Both the position numbers and the translations under genes were made by a program. From NCBI RefSeq assembly GCF_001949145.1, contig NW_019091356.1, forward strand, positions 3,132,713-3,196,712: DNA of 64,000 nucleotides. The letters are read 5' to 3'. The DNA comes from Acanthaster planci (Eukaryota). This document shows, piece after piece, positions 1-12,749 of the stretch (within the stretch, counting starts at the first letter, position 1; each line of letters starts with the position of its first letter). Under the pieces are notes generated by a model. It was not told where the DNA came from, did not search any database, and worked only from the letters and a program-made list of their open reading frames with translations.

Positions 1-248
1 TGGAACAAAAGCACTGGCCCACAAGATGGCAACCATGCAAACCCTCTGTTGGCTTTGGCTAGGAGTAATACGCAGTCTATGGGAAAAGGCGTCAGCCACC
101 AGTGGCTCCTGTAGGAATGTGTGTTTCCAGGCACACCCTCATTTAAGACAAGGACCTTGTAATTTTCCCATGTAGTGTTATATTTGTTTTCCAGTATAGG
201 GTGGTTGTTACTGTTTGGTTTTTGGGTCTGATCTTTTCCCGCCCCCAG

Positions 249-3200
249 GTGGCAGATTTGCCCCCAGTTGTAATCCCTGTGGTCATGACGGTCACTGGGT
301 GTCCACTCTGTTTCTCCATGGCCACTCTCAAGGGTCAGCTTCCTATTGTGAGATTTGGGACGCACGTGGCCGGCCTACCTCCGGTCCACCGACCCCTGAA
401 GATAAGAAACAACAGCCCCTGTGGTAGGTTGAGAAAAGTTTTTGGTTACTTCATATACGTAAATAAATTGACTGACAAATCCAGCGTCGTCAATTTGGAA
501 GAATATCTTCTTGCTCACAGTTTGCACACTCTATGGGGGATTTTGTCATTTGAAAATTGTAGATATCCGACTGGACTGGCAGATCTTCAACCTGGTGGAA
601 AACGATTCCAAGCTTCTTGACCTAATCATCAACATCGGGGAACCCTTCCCCCTCCAGGATAAGAACGGCGAGGAGATAGTGCCCAATGCTGCTCTGCCTG
701 CCGCTATTGAAATAGCAGAGGGAGGTGGCAGCAGTTCGACAGCCACCGAGTCGACCACGCAGCCGGGTCTGCTGCAGAAGGTCACAGAGGAGTTGGAGAG
801 CAGCTGCCAGGAAGGCCTCGGGTCGGAGGCCAGAGGTCAGATGATAAAAGTTGTCATGCGAGAGCATGAAGGTGAACCGGCCGAGAACGGACCATTCACT
901 GTCAGCGACAAACAGATGGTAAGCCAGGTGCAGTTTGGGAAAGCTACATTGTCGAGACTGAATTTGAATGGAGTTGTATGTGTACATAATTATGGGATGA
1001 AATTACGTGACAACATAGTTGGACGCTGATTGTCGGATTGTATTTTCAGATGTACAGTTGTACCTGTCTGTGCACCGAATTGCTTAAAATTGCTCTTGGA
1101 AAATCGCATTTGTGCAAAGAACAGATTTGTACCGTTCCATTACAGTCGAAAGAACATCACCAACAGATCCAACTTTAATCTGGAGGGATACCCTTTGATC
1201 TCTGACCTCAGGTTATTCCAGCCCGCGGCAGCCTGCAGATGGCCGCCTCCTTCAACCCACGGATGAACTCGATGACTCTGAGGGGGGCCGACTGGATCGG
1301 TTACGGCCTGGGCTTCATGAGTCTGGACAGCGAGGGGGATAGACAGGTCACAGGGAAGGTGTCACGTCCACAGGGCTACGAGATGATGCCACTGCGGTTG
1401 GATTTCACAGCCTACCTGAAGCCGGCTCTGTAAGTGGTGATACTTTGGAAAGCCTGATGTTGATGTTGCCAAGTGGTATCAAAACCAACAAGAGCATTTC
1501 GGAGTTGTGAATCGGTCTTGCCTCTTCTCTTTCCGGAAAGGTTGACGGTTGAAACGGCTGATGACGAGGGCATGCACTACCATACAGCAGCGAGTGACCT
1601 CTTGGACCCCCAGGACCGGGCTCGTTTCCGATCCCCCTCCAGCAAGAGCCGGGCGGCCAACCTGACCAATGCCACCCAGACGCCGCTGACCTTCCGTCTG
1701 GTCACCCCAAGGCCGTTTGAGCTGCTCAGCACCGAGCCAGGATCTGGGAACCAGTCGTCACGCTCGGCAGCAACCAGCTGTCCCATCAAGAACCAGTCGG
1801 CCGTGTGCCGGGGCGAGCAGATGCTGGGCCTCCCACCCCAGAAGAATCTCCAGGTAAGTGAATTTCCAATCTGCCTTGAGCAGCACAACCCGTAATCGAT
1901 TAAAATGGACCCTGTTGGTGAGGAGTGTTGATAGCAACGCGACCGTGACATGTGCCTTTCATAGTTTGTGAATCAGCGAAGTGCAGTTCCCACCAAAGGA
2001 GCCTCATGTGGAAATACTGCTAACCGTTCCCCACCAGATGTGCATGAAAAGATCAACCGATGCTACTCTCGTTTGCACTAAAGCAATGCACCTACTGGCT
2101 GGAAACATTACAAACTTTGTTGGACCTTTCCAGCCAAAGATTTGTAAGAAAATATGCGCTTCTGTATTCATAACAAGCAGTTCAATTGGCGGTTGGTCAC
2201 GAGTTGAGCACTTTGGCAACTGATCAACACAAGTTAAACCATGCATTGCAATCTTAAAATGCTGATAACTCCCCCCGTACCCCCCCCCCCCGCCCCGCCC
2301 CCAGATAAAGGTTGCTTTCCACCTAACGAGGGAACTCCTGGAGAAATGCCTGAGCAAGCTGCGAGTCGGCCAGGAGATTCTCGGGGTTCGGCTGACGCAG
2401 TACGAAGACGAACGCCGACTGATCATCAACCAGGACCTGCTGATAGAGTACAGCAACAACGCCGTCCAGGTAGAGTGGCAGGCTGACCCATGGGTCGGGA
2501 GGCCAGAATGTAAGGTGTAACTCGCAGGGCTTCTCCATGCGATTGTCCATTCAGAATGGTCTAGGGCGAGTTTCAGAGGAGCTATTTTTAAACTCCCATG
2601 AGGTGTCTCGTGTGATAATAGCGAAGCACGTTGACCGGGGACGTTAAGTCAGTTTTGCGGTCTCCACTCTCGCTGCAGTTCTGTGACGTAGTGAAACTTG
2701 TGCTCAGCATCATTTGTCTTGGGTTTGTCATGTTTGTGTTCTTGTGGAAAGGCATTTCTTTTAACAGATCTCTGTGTTCCTTTCATTGGGCCAACCAACA
2801 TGTTTCAAATGTCGAACACCGATATTAGATTGACGGATGGCGAGAAGCAGAACGCTCCTTGTAATGAAGCCATTACGGGGCTGTGTTTGCAGTGCCGACA
2901 ATCACTTCTCAAGAAAGTGTCATCATACGATAGTGTGTTTACCCATTATCTTTCAGAAACTGCCGCTGTATGCCATGGTGGTCATACCATCCATCCGAGT
3001 GACCCCTTCCCAGCTGGACTTTGGCACCTGCCTGGTGACCCAGCAGCGAGAGCTTGAAGTGACCATCAGTAACCCAACTGGTTCGGCCAGCTACTGGACG
3101 GTGGTCTCTGGTGAGTTAAGGGCCAACGATTTGGAGGGGGGAGTTGACAGGGCACTCCGCTTCCAAAAGGGGACCTTTGTTTATAATCATAAATAATAGG

Positions 3201-5070
3201 ATAATTTATTTGCTGTCACCCGTAGTGTAACAACCACACATCTTGTGGATTGTAAGGGAAGTGTGGGTAGAAACAAGGTTTAAAGTGAAGTATTTTCTTG
3301 TATTTGGGGACTAAAACATGTCTTCAACCTCTGAACAGATTGAACAGAATATGGCCGTTTCACAATAGTGCGCCACCAAGAGTTTGCAACGCGTTGGCCA
3401 ATCACAGTGCGCAAAATTTGTTGACCCAATGCGCGTTTGGAAAGGGTCGACAAATTCCGCGCGTTATGATTGGCCAACGCGTTGCAAACTCTTGGTGGCG
3501 CACTATTGTGAATCGCCTGTATTGAACAGATTGTGGCCTTGTGATTGAATCAAATCATAAGACCTACTTTTAATATTCAAATTTTCTCAATTCTAAATTC
3601 CTTGGCAAACAGACCCCCAGCAGCAAGCAGAGGAACTGTTCCGAGTTGTCCCATCCGCCGGTTTGCTGGAGGCTCACGTCACGCATGTCTCCCGTAGCAA
3701 AATGATCCTCAAAGTTCACTTTACGGCCAGGTAAGTACATACACATTTTTACCGTCAGTTTCTGAAACTCACACAAAAGTGTATACACGTCCCCTCTCTG
3801 CGCCAGTTTATTACAAAACTACGATCCAACTGCATACTGTTTCACACTAAATGATTACAGCGTTGTCGCCGAGCCCTGTGGAGGTCCTTGTAAAGTCCAG
3901 CGTAAAGTCATCCATTCTTAAGCGAAGTCACAAGTTGTTCGAATGCATTCCTCTATCAAGGTACACCCCAGCGACTGGTCTTGTGCAAGGACTTTCCATG
4001 AACTCAACGACAACACGAGTCAATTCCAACCGCCACCCGAGCATCTGACTCGGGAGATGAATCCAGTGACTATGGTGTTATCGCTGGGCCGAATTTCACG
4101 GAGCTGCTTAGTGGTCAGCAGAAAAATCATGCTAGCTTTAGCACAAAAATTTACCAACCTTAAGCACTACATGTGTGTCATGGCAGTGCTTGGCGTGGTT
4201 GCGCCAACAGTTGCGCGCGCGCACAGAGATTTCTATTGTTACCTCGTTAAGTTGAAGCAAATTCTTCCTCCAAGGTTAGCACGCCTTAGGCTGTGCTTAC
4301 TGCTTACGGTCTCCATGAAATACCCGGAGCCTTTATTCACATGAAATCGTGTGCTAAGCAGCTCCGTGGAACTGGGCCCTGGTCATTTGCGGTAGCCCCC
4401 CCCCACCGATGCAGCAAACATTGTGATAACTATTGTACACAGCCACGGTGCTTTGTACAATAGCTGCAATCTTCTCCGCCATTAAAGGGGGCCATCAGAA
4501 AAGTCTAGTGAAACATTGCCGGATTCATCTATACAGTGTCATGTGTGCTTCTCAAAGTCAAGTATTTTAAATGTTAAATATGTAGAATAAAACCCGCAAA
4601 ATGCCACTATTACCGAATTAATTTCAAACGGAGGAAATACAGTAGGCCAAAAGAACTATCAAGGTGTGTAGTTTTTTTCTGCTCATTTCATTTTTTTCAG
4701 GCTTTCGCTACAGTGGCCTGACTTCAGGCTATTTCCCTTCCAATTCTTTTCATTCCAATCAAACGTATTAAACTCACGTCCCTGCTTTTTTATGTTGAGG
4801 CTCTAAATGCATTTTTTGCTTAAAATGTAATATTCACATCAGCAAATTTACACGAATAGGACAGTAAATATACCAATATCAAATAATATCTTTTCTAAGT
4901 CTCATGCCTTTGAATTTTCTAAAAAAAAAATTTTTTTTTCAACCAGGCATAATGTGGCCTACAGGGGCAAATTCATCTTCCAAGGCATGCTGGGAGAGAC
5001 CCCTCAAGAGCTGGAGGTCAGAGGTCAAGGGTCATATGACAGCCGGCACGAAGCCTTGGTCGACGTGTAA
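249..5070 (+). CDS. DLEC1: DLEC1/CFAP81-like ciliary protein, 3' part (gene starts upstream of the window)
   Basis: Phase-compatible GT-AG exons 249-423, 563-918, 1212-1429, 1541-1853, 2305-2469, 2957-3110, 3613-3730, 4947-5070(TAA). The peptides VADLPPVVIPV..GCP..RFGTHV..NNSPC/DIRLDW..PFPLQD, LDFGTCLV and terminal LEVRGQGSYD match the recalled DLEC1 C-terminus. Confidence 0.9.
3348..3523. mobile_element. Palindromic MITE family A, copy 1
   Basis: Long inverted arms (cacaatagtgcgccaccaagagtttgcaacgcgttggccaatca and its reverse complement), flanked by gaacag on both sides. Related copies at 20597 and 47307. Confidence 0.8.
4084..4382. mobile_element. MITE with ~28-bp imperfect TIRs
   Basis: gggccgaatttcacggagctgcttag at the left end and ctaagcagctccgtggaactgggccc at the right end; no coding capacity. 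Confidence 0.65.
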
Positions 5071-6270
5071 CAAGCTGACCTCAACAGAGCTCTATGGCTA
5101 GATACAAACATTGTGGCTGCAGCTGACTTTTACGCACACCTCAGTGGGAAGTGATTGCAGCCGCTCCTCGGTGGCTACCATGGACAAAGCTTGTTATTGC
5201 AGTCTCCTTGAGGTTGTTTGTCCCTAAACGGCTAGCCACACTAGTTTTCTTGTACTCGACCTCTATACTTTGTGATCAAAGGTCAAAACGCTACTGGTAT
5301 GTAAATCAACTTGACAAAAATAAGAGAGCAGCGATGAAATTTCTGATTAAAAAAAAAATCAGCTCATCACAAGCAATTTTGAAACAGTTTTTAACAAGTG
5401 ATACTTAAATTTTCTCTGTGTACAAAAATTAGGGTACAGGAGTTTACATGCCCTGGTACATGAACATAACTCTTTTGAGGAAAAAAAAAGCTCACAAATT
5501 TTTTGAAGAGTGATTTTATCCCGAGATGTATATACGTACTGTCTGTAATCACATACTGTCTCATTGGTGGCACTCTAACGTCTCCCAAGCTGACGATCTT
5601 TGAGAAGTGCGTGAGCAAGTTGTGGTTTTTTTACTTTTTGGCTTTCCACCAATCAGTCAGCTGGAACAGCAACATTCCAGAGAATCCCATAACTTCAGTA
5701 TGGCAGAAAGAACAAATAAAAGTGTATTGTTGTTCACACTTTGGAATGCATTGTCAGTAGGTTTTTTTCACAGGGTCATCGTTCTTGTGAAACACTGCCC
5801 TAGAAGGGCAGAGCGAGAAGCGTACATCTCGTGCCAAAACCTCTACTTTTCTATAGCTTTAAAAAGCCATGGCTATATTCGCACGCTACTGAAAACGGCA
5901 CGGAGGAAAGCATCTCATAATGGCCCTCTTAAAAAGAAACAGTTCTCACGTGATTGGTCAATCGTTCAAATGATGTAGCAGTGATTAGCATTTCTGAATT
6001 TATATTAACAAATTACCTCATCCGATTACATACTAACAACTGTAACTTAAGTGAAGGAGAGCAAATGTTAAAATAATAATAATAATTCAATTACATCCAA
6101 GGCGGTGTCTGAATCAACTGGCTTTGGCTAAGAGAGGCAGATGCAATCATGACAAGTTGCTGGCAGCCGCTACTCGACAACTTTCACAGAGGCATGTGTT
6201 ATAACCAGTCAAAGCCATTAACATCTGAACACGGGCTAACACGATGTTCCCACCTTGAGATGGTACCAGA

Positions 6271-9200
6271 CTACTCCAGGCTCACGGCGATGTCCAGCCG
6301 CGCGTTCTGCACCAGCCACTCATAGAGGACGCCCACTTTGGCCTGGGTGGTCGTCTCCCATATCGACAGGATGCTCCTGGCGCCCTTTTGGGGGTCGAGG
6401 TCCTGGTCCCACATTTTGATCTTGTGGTTGGTGACCGGTTCAAACGAGTGTTGGTGGCGCTTTCTCAGCCAATCGGCAAGGTCCTTCCAGTTGTGCATCA
6501 CGCCTGTGGTGCACACAAAACAATCCACTATAATTAGGACCCGAATATCCCCTGGGCACAGCGAGCGCTGTACGCAGGGCCTACAAAAATTTGAGGGCCT
6601 ACAGAAATACCACAGGGAGAGAAATAAAACACAGTTTCACAAAGCTGCGGCATTTCCTTTGATTGTTTGATTTCGGGAGAACTTTCCAACTAGTTTATAC
6701 GGTTCACTTCACTGCATGAATATAAAATGTGAAGCTTCAGTGGTAAGCCCGGCGTACAGTGAAGCCAGGCCCTGGCTGAAAGAACTCCCTGTCAGGATGA
6801 ATCCCAGTTCATAACACCCGCAATTCTGCGATTCTCTGACTAAGATGTGAACAGCTCTCAAGTCTCGAGCCGGGTTCAAGGCCGAAGTAAGATCGGCTTT
6901 CAAATCCGCAATTTATGAATGTGGACTTGATCGGGGGCTCGGAAGTGCCGTGGAAATATAAAGAGTGGTCTCGGATTTGTCCGCGACTTTAGTGAATCCA
7001 GACCAACTAGTTTGACGGTGAGTCCTGAGGGCCAGCAGCTTTCATTAATTTCCGGCCACGACTTGACAAGAGTTACAGACACTCACCGTCTTTAGTGCTG
7101 AGTTTCTCCTCAATAACTTGAGTTGTCGAGTAAGAAAGATTCTCAATCTTTGTGTCCCAATCCATAGCAGGGCCTGTTTGCAAAAAAGTAAAAAATTCTA
7201 AAAGTCTCATCTTGTCTAGCTGTTTTATTTCTCATGATGCATACATATGTATTTCAATTTTTGCTTTTATTTCTGTAAAAGAACTTTTTTTGTCGATTTG
7301 AATTGATTTTTTTTTCATACTTGGGAGTCGTTAGCGCATCAATTCTTACCAATCACTCCTCCTTGATCGACGTGCTTCTTGAAGACGTCCCGCACTTTCT
7401 TCCCACAACACTGGAGGACCTTCCACAGTTCTTTGCGTTTATCGAAACTTTTGTCCGAGTTATTCTGGCTGTAATACTTGGAACTCCAGTGCTTCAACAC
7501 AATATCCACATATTCCTATTACAAATGTAAAATTATGGTGTAAGAAGTTTATCCATTCCACAAAAGGGTCAGTTGTCTAAAGATTTGGGAAACGGGTTCA
7601 ATTGTATGGGTGCTTTGAGGTGACATGTTGGGTGAGGTTGGGTTCAGTGCATTCAGTGGAGTATTTGACTTATAAGATAAAACGTCCACAATGAGCGTAC
7701 TCTTAGGATAAGGGGCACAATTTTTGTGCACTGTCAATGGTACACTGAAGGGTTAGGTGCCATTTTTGCATACATCAGGTGTTGAGGAGTGCTGTTTATG
7801 TAGGGTCAGGGGGCAGAGCGCACTTTCACTGGCAGGAAGTTCATCACAGCGCACTTCTCAACAATGAATGGTGTACGGGCAGCAGGAACGAAGCACTTTG
7901 GAGGAAGACTCACCTCTTTGGCGTGGTAGCCCAACTTTTGACACTGCTCGGGGGACAATTTGGAGCATCCATGCAAGTCTTGAAGAAGCCTGTTCCCGTT
8001 GTCGACAAACTCCCACATGAACCTCACAAACTGACTGGAGAAAATCCCTGTCCAAACGGAAGACAGAGAGTGCTCAGCACCAACATGTAATGCATTGCAT
8101 CTCCCTCTTTTTATCTTTAAATGACTGATTTCCAACATGTACAAATCCATGGAGATGCCTTTACTGTGGAGTGGCAGCCCCACCACACACGTTATGCACA
8201 TTCTAAAAGCTTGGCAAGACACCATGTCCTATTAGTTATGCAAGCAAATGGATGACAAATGGGGATATATCCCCCCAGGCTATTTCAGGAGGGGGCATGA
8301 GAATGGGCAATTCTTGAAATGCATTTCACTTCTGTTCCTTCCGAAAGTGTGCACAAGGCTTCAAAATTTAGTTCTACCCCTCATAGAGGACATAAAAAGG
8401 TTACTCACAAACTCGGAAAATTTATGCCGCCCCCCCGCCGAAAAAAATACATCTGGCCCCTCCCACAATTTGGTGCTGGATCTGCCCTTGATTGGTTGGT
8501 GTGATATGATTGACTCGTGCAACCCGCAACAAGGCATCTCTTGCAAGGGCATCACAAGGGGAGCACAAGGGGAGGGCAAGAGGGGGCACTTGCCCCGCCC
8601 CCCCTTGAAAAAATGGGGGAACATTTAAAAAAGGAAGTACATGTAGATAGAAATAAGAAAGGAAATGGGATGAAAGTCACAGATTTGCTTTTAAAATATC
8701 GCTTTCCCCCTTCGTGTCTTCTTTCATGTCACCGCTGCACCTAGCCTGCTCTAAGGCAAGTCCCCAACCAATGAGCCACTTGCGAGTTAAATTTGAATCA
8801 AATGTGGTACACTGTGTCATCCGATTGCATAGAAATGAAACAATTTGAATTTCCCAGGCTAAAGACACAGTTGCTATGTACCTCATGATTCGGGGCAAGC
8901 TTTTGCATAGCGACCACCATCTCTGGAATCGACTGGTTCCTTTGTGCCGTTCTTGTCCATTGAGAACAGTGTATTGTTGAAAGGCGTCTCTCATGTAACT
9001 AAGCAAAAGCTTGCCCCGAATCACGAGGTATAGCAACAGTGGTTTTAGGATGGAGAATTCAAGTTGTTATGTTCACGTGAATTTAAAGAACTCAGTGTAC
9101 CAGATTTTATTCAAATTTAACTCGCAAATGGCTTATTGGGAAAAAATGGCTTGCTCCCCCTTGGAAAAATCCTGGTGACGCCCATGCTCTCGTGTTAATT

Positions 9201-10855
9201 TTAAACATTCACCGAGCACAAGAATAAATACTCACTCAAACTCCCCCATACCCACCTCCCTCAAAAAGAAAAGGATAACCGTCCAACTCACGGGGGGCTG
9301 AAGGCTCTGGCTGACAAGTGGCTTCGGCCGGCGAAGTCTCCTCGGGAAACTCCTCGCAGAAATCAAAGGCCAGCTGTTTGAGGGATTTAGCGTGGATGGC
9401 AGCCAGCAGGGCGTCAACACTGGCCTTGTTGCCGCGCGTCTGGCGCCAGTGAAAGAAACATTGGTAGCGTTGCTCCACTATCCTCATGCTGCCGTCGGAC
9501 GCATTATCAATCTCGTTGTCGCTCAATCCCATCTTCCTCAGAAGAGGCTTCCATTCCGTGCGGCTTAAATTTTCCGACAGCCAGGTCATCATGTCCGTGG
9601 TGATAGTGCGCACCCTCTGGTATTAACCAGATTTTTTTATTGAATTTTTCTGTTCTTTTTACTTGGAAAATCATACATGATTAAGCAGCTCCCATACAAA
9701 AACGTGACGGATTATCAGGGAACAAAAACTTTCAGAGAGGCAAAATGGCAATGGATAAAAACGACCATGAAACAAAAGTCTTAGATTTGTCTTTTGTGGC
9801 ATTTAAAATGCTACAGATTGCACAATTTATGTCTTTTTATTCATATTTTCCCAGGGATCCTGCTCATGAACCCCCCCAAGCCATTGCATTTCAATCTCCC
9901 CCCCCCATAATCCTGGGTATGCCCCAAGAAGGGACCCAACAGATTTTTAACCATTTTGAGAGACACCATGAAAATGGACACAAGTCTCATCCCTGCAATA
10001 TGCTCCAACTAGCGGTTGGGACTTTTGGCTTACCCCTTCCTTACGGCTGGAGATTTCAGCCATGCTGCAACTTTCACCATCCAACTTGTTGACGGCAGCT
10101 CTTTGGGACGCCACAGCAGCAGCTTTGGTCACATCCATGCTCGTCTCTGTGATCGGCAGTCTTTCTTTACTGTCTCCAAGAGCAGTTCCTCCTGCTGTCT
10201 GAACGGCGGATTTCAGCAGGGCATCGGGGAAGTCGGCAGTCGCAGCAGCTTGGGTCTTTGCCGGATCCGTGGTCGTCACTGCAACCGCTTCTTTGCTTCC
10301 TCCTAGAGCTGCTGTGTCTGCAGTCGGCTTCATGAACTTCGTGGGAAACGCTTGCGGCAGATGGGTGTTTGGGAGGTCGGTCACTGCGCAATCTGCTTCA
10401 ACTTGGGAGGAGATGGATGAAGGGGTAGATGCGGGATGCTCTCCTCCAATCTGGCAACGCCGTGAGTTGGCTAAGAGATTGCCAACTGCAGAGGGCCCCT
10501 GATCTTCCACGGATGTGAGCCTCGACGAACCATCACCTTCTGCATTGATGGAAAGAGCCTCACTGGACACATTCCTCACTTGCTTATCTTTTGGAGTCTT
10601 AAACTTATCTTTCAGCTCCTTGATCTGAGCATTGAGGGCTTTCTTCTCCAAAAACCAAGCAGCGGCTTGCTCCTTCAACTGCAGATTTTCACGCTCAGCC
10701 CTTTCAACTTGTGCTTCTAATTCCTTGATGCGGGCCTCTTTGATGTTTGCAAAAGTCATGACTTGTTGCAGGAGGTCTTCCAGGGTAGGAACCCCTCTTT
10801 CCATGGGTCTCTTTAGATCGGTGGTTGTGTTAGTACTTCCACTTTGGGTTGCCAT
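6271..10855 (-). CDS. Uncharacterised coiled-coil plus multiple death-domain protein (~588 aa)
   Basis: Exons 10855-10034, 9616-9292, 8047-7914, 7515-7350, 7173-7087, 6503-6271(TAG) all have GT-AG ends and compatible phases; 1767 nt of uninterrupted ORF. Death-domain patterns EWKPLLRKMGLSDNEID..QCFFHWRQTRGNKASVDALLAAI and NWKDLADWL..ILSIWETTTQAKVGVLYEWLVQNARLDIAVSLE. Confidence 0.8.
8768..9139. mobile_element. Foldback/MITE family B, copy 1
   Basis: Outer TIR ccaatgagccacttgcgagttaaatttgaat / attcaaatttaactcgcaaatggcttattgg, plus inner inverted arms (tacctcatgattcggggcaagcttttgc / gcaaaagcttgccccgaatcacgaggta). Second copy at ~60837-61198. Confidence 0.8.
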
Positions 10856-11339
10856 GGTTGTCACGTGATATCAATCTGAAAAAGAGACACAAACTATTAC
10901 TACTTGTCAGTGGACGAAAATTCAACTTAGCCATCTCCATACAATTTCCAAAAGGGGTTCGTTGTCCACTGCAGTGCGGGAACTGGGATGCAGGCAATGA
11001 ACCCCACAGTTCTGGGGGTAGCTTCCGCGATGGAACACTGGATTTTACAACAGTTAGACAAGCACAGCGGCTTAAAGCTGTTCACTGAAAATCTAAAACT
11101 TTCCCTGATTTCATTTACTGTCTCACTTTGCATTTCCAAGTTGATTTCTTACAAAGAGGTCATCTGACTGTCTGAACCGTCATGACTGTACATCCTCTTT
11201 AGATACAGAGGATAATTTCTGTGCATGTTACAACTGCGATGCACAATAATGACCCCTTTTATATATCCCTACCTTCCTCCATGTTTAAGTTACTCACATC
11301 CCGAATAAATACTGACAGGCCAAGCCTATGCCTAAACTA

Positions 11340-11510
11340 GGGGATTGTATACTTGGGGACACCCCCCCCCATTTGGGGGGATTGTATACTTGGGGACACC
11401 CCCCCATTTGGGGGGATTGTATACTTGGGGACACCCCCCCCATTTGGGGGGATTGTATACTTGGGGACACCCCCCCCCCATTTGGGGGGATTGTATACTT
11501 GGGGACCCCC
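11340..11510. repeat. GC-run minisatellite, ~40-bp unit, ~4.5 copies
   Basis: Unit ggggattgtatacttggggacacccccccc(c)atttggg repeated in tandem with variable C-run length. Confidence 0.9.
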
Positions 11511-12301
11511 CTGTTTTTCATCACTTTAATCTTGCAAAACTGGTAAGTCCCTCAGAAAACAAAGGCAACACTCTCTTTATTGCGCTGACTCTATTTTTGG
11601 GAAATTTTAAATTGTAAATTGTGAGAAAATGTCACTTTCTTAACCAACCATGCCAATTTGAAGCACTATAATCGGTCACACTCACAGTTCCCCATAATTT
11701 CACTCAAAACCCTACCATCTTTTCACAACATCAACCCAACAGTTTATTGAGCATGATTCACACATCCAAAAGCTAAAATGGAGATCTACAAATAAAAGGA
11801 GGCCACGTTGACATATGCATATCGTTCAGGATACATGAAGTACATTCATGTAGGCCTAGGCTTTGATGACGTACATGCACTGTGTGTCAACTGACTCTGC
11901 ACTTTCTGACGGGCCTAGTATGCATATGACGCATGTTGTTCTAGTTTTCTACATGTACAGAACATAGCCTTCTTATCCGTCTGCCATAATTCCCCAGTAA
12001 AATTAACATTAGCGGCACCATGCGTGGCAGGTCAGGCCCAGGGCCGTCCGGCCGGCCAGCCATAGGCCTACTGCCTGGCACAAGTCAGTCATGTCAGTAA
12101 GGGCGTACACACCAAATCGGAGATAAACTCCGTACTGGACACAAAAGTTTTATCAAAACAAACTAGGCCTACGTACCTTGAATTCAGAAGTGCCGGTCAC
12201 ACCAATCAGGAAATTTGGGTAAAACACAGCGAGAGAGAAAGAGAGGAGAACGGGAAAAATGGAGTGCAACAACACAATTACGTTATTTACGGGTCCGGAA
12301 A

Positions 12302-12311
12302 GGGATTTTCC
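12302..12311. promoter_or_regulatory. Candidate NF-kB (kappaB) site upstream of the death-domain gene
   Basis: GGGATTTTCC fits GGGRNWYYCC. It lies in a CpG-richer stretch just upstream of a candidate - strand non-coding first exon (donor AAG/gtacgt at 12177). Confidence 0.45.
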
Positions 12312-12749
12312 AAATTTCACTGCTCCGAGCACTGTCGTGACCGCACGAACGGGGTCATGTGCGTGTCAAACTTAGTATGGCGCGCCATTTCAGCCTGAAA
12401 TTAATAGTTAACCAGGCTCCCCCAACGCTAACCGTCGGAACTAGGAGTTTCACTAATGGTTGCGATTGCGAGACTAAATTTTCGTTCTTTAATAGTGGAG
12501 GCCGAATACAGTGCAAATATTAACAGAAATTGGGAAAAATTGGTCTACTTTTAACTTAAACCTCAAACTCAAAGTTCCATCTCGACTGGAGCCCAATCTT
12601 GAAATTCTCTTATTCACTGCGCCTGTTTGGATCAAAAACAAAGTTGACTCTTTGCAAAGACAGCTTTGTTAAAATGTGGCAAATGAAGTTCCACTTGTAT
12701 CGGTAGTTGCTATTCTCATCATTTCTCTCTTGGTTTTTAATTTGTTTAG

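Noticed and set aside
9236..9613. Stand-alone 125-aa death-domain ORF
   Set aside because: Better explained as internal exon 9616-9292 with phase-matched splice sites on both sides.
11340..11510. Repeat array superficially like CRISPR, and its repetitive ORFs
   Set aside because: There are no unique spacers or cas genes and the context is eukaryotic; it is a simple minisatellite.
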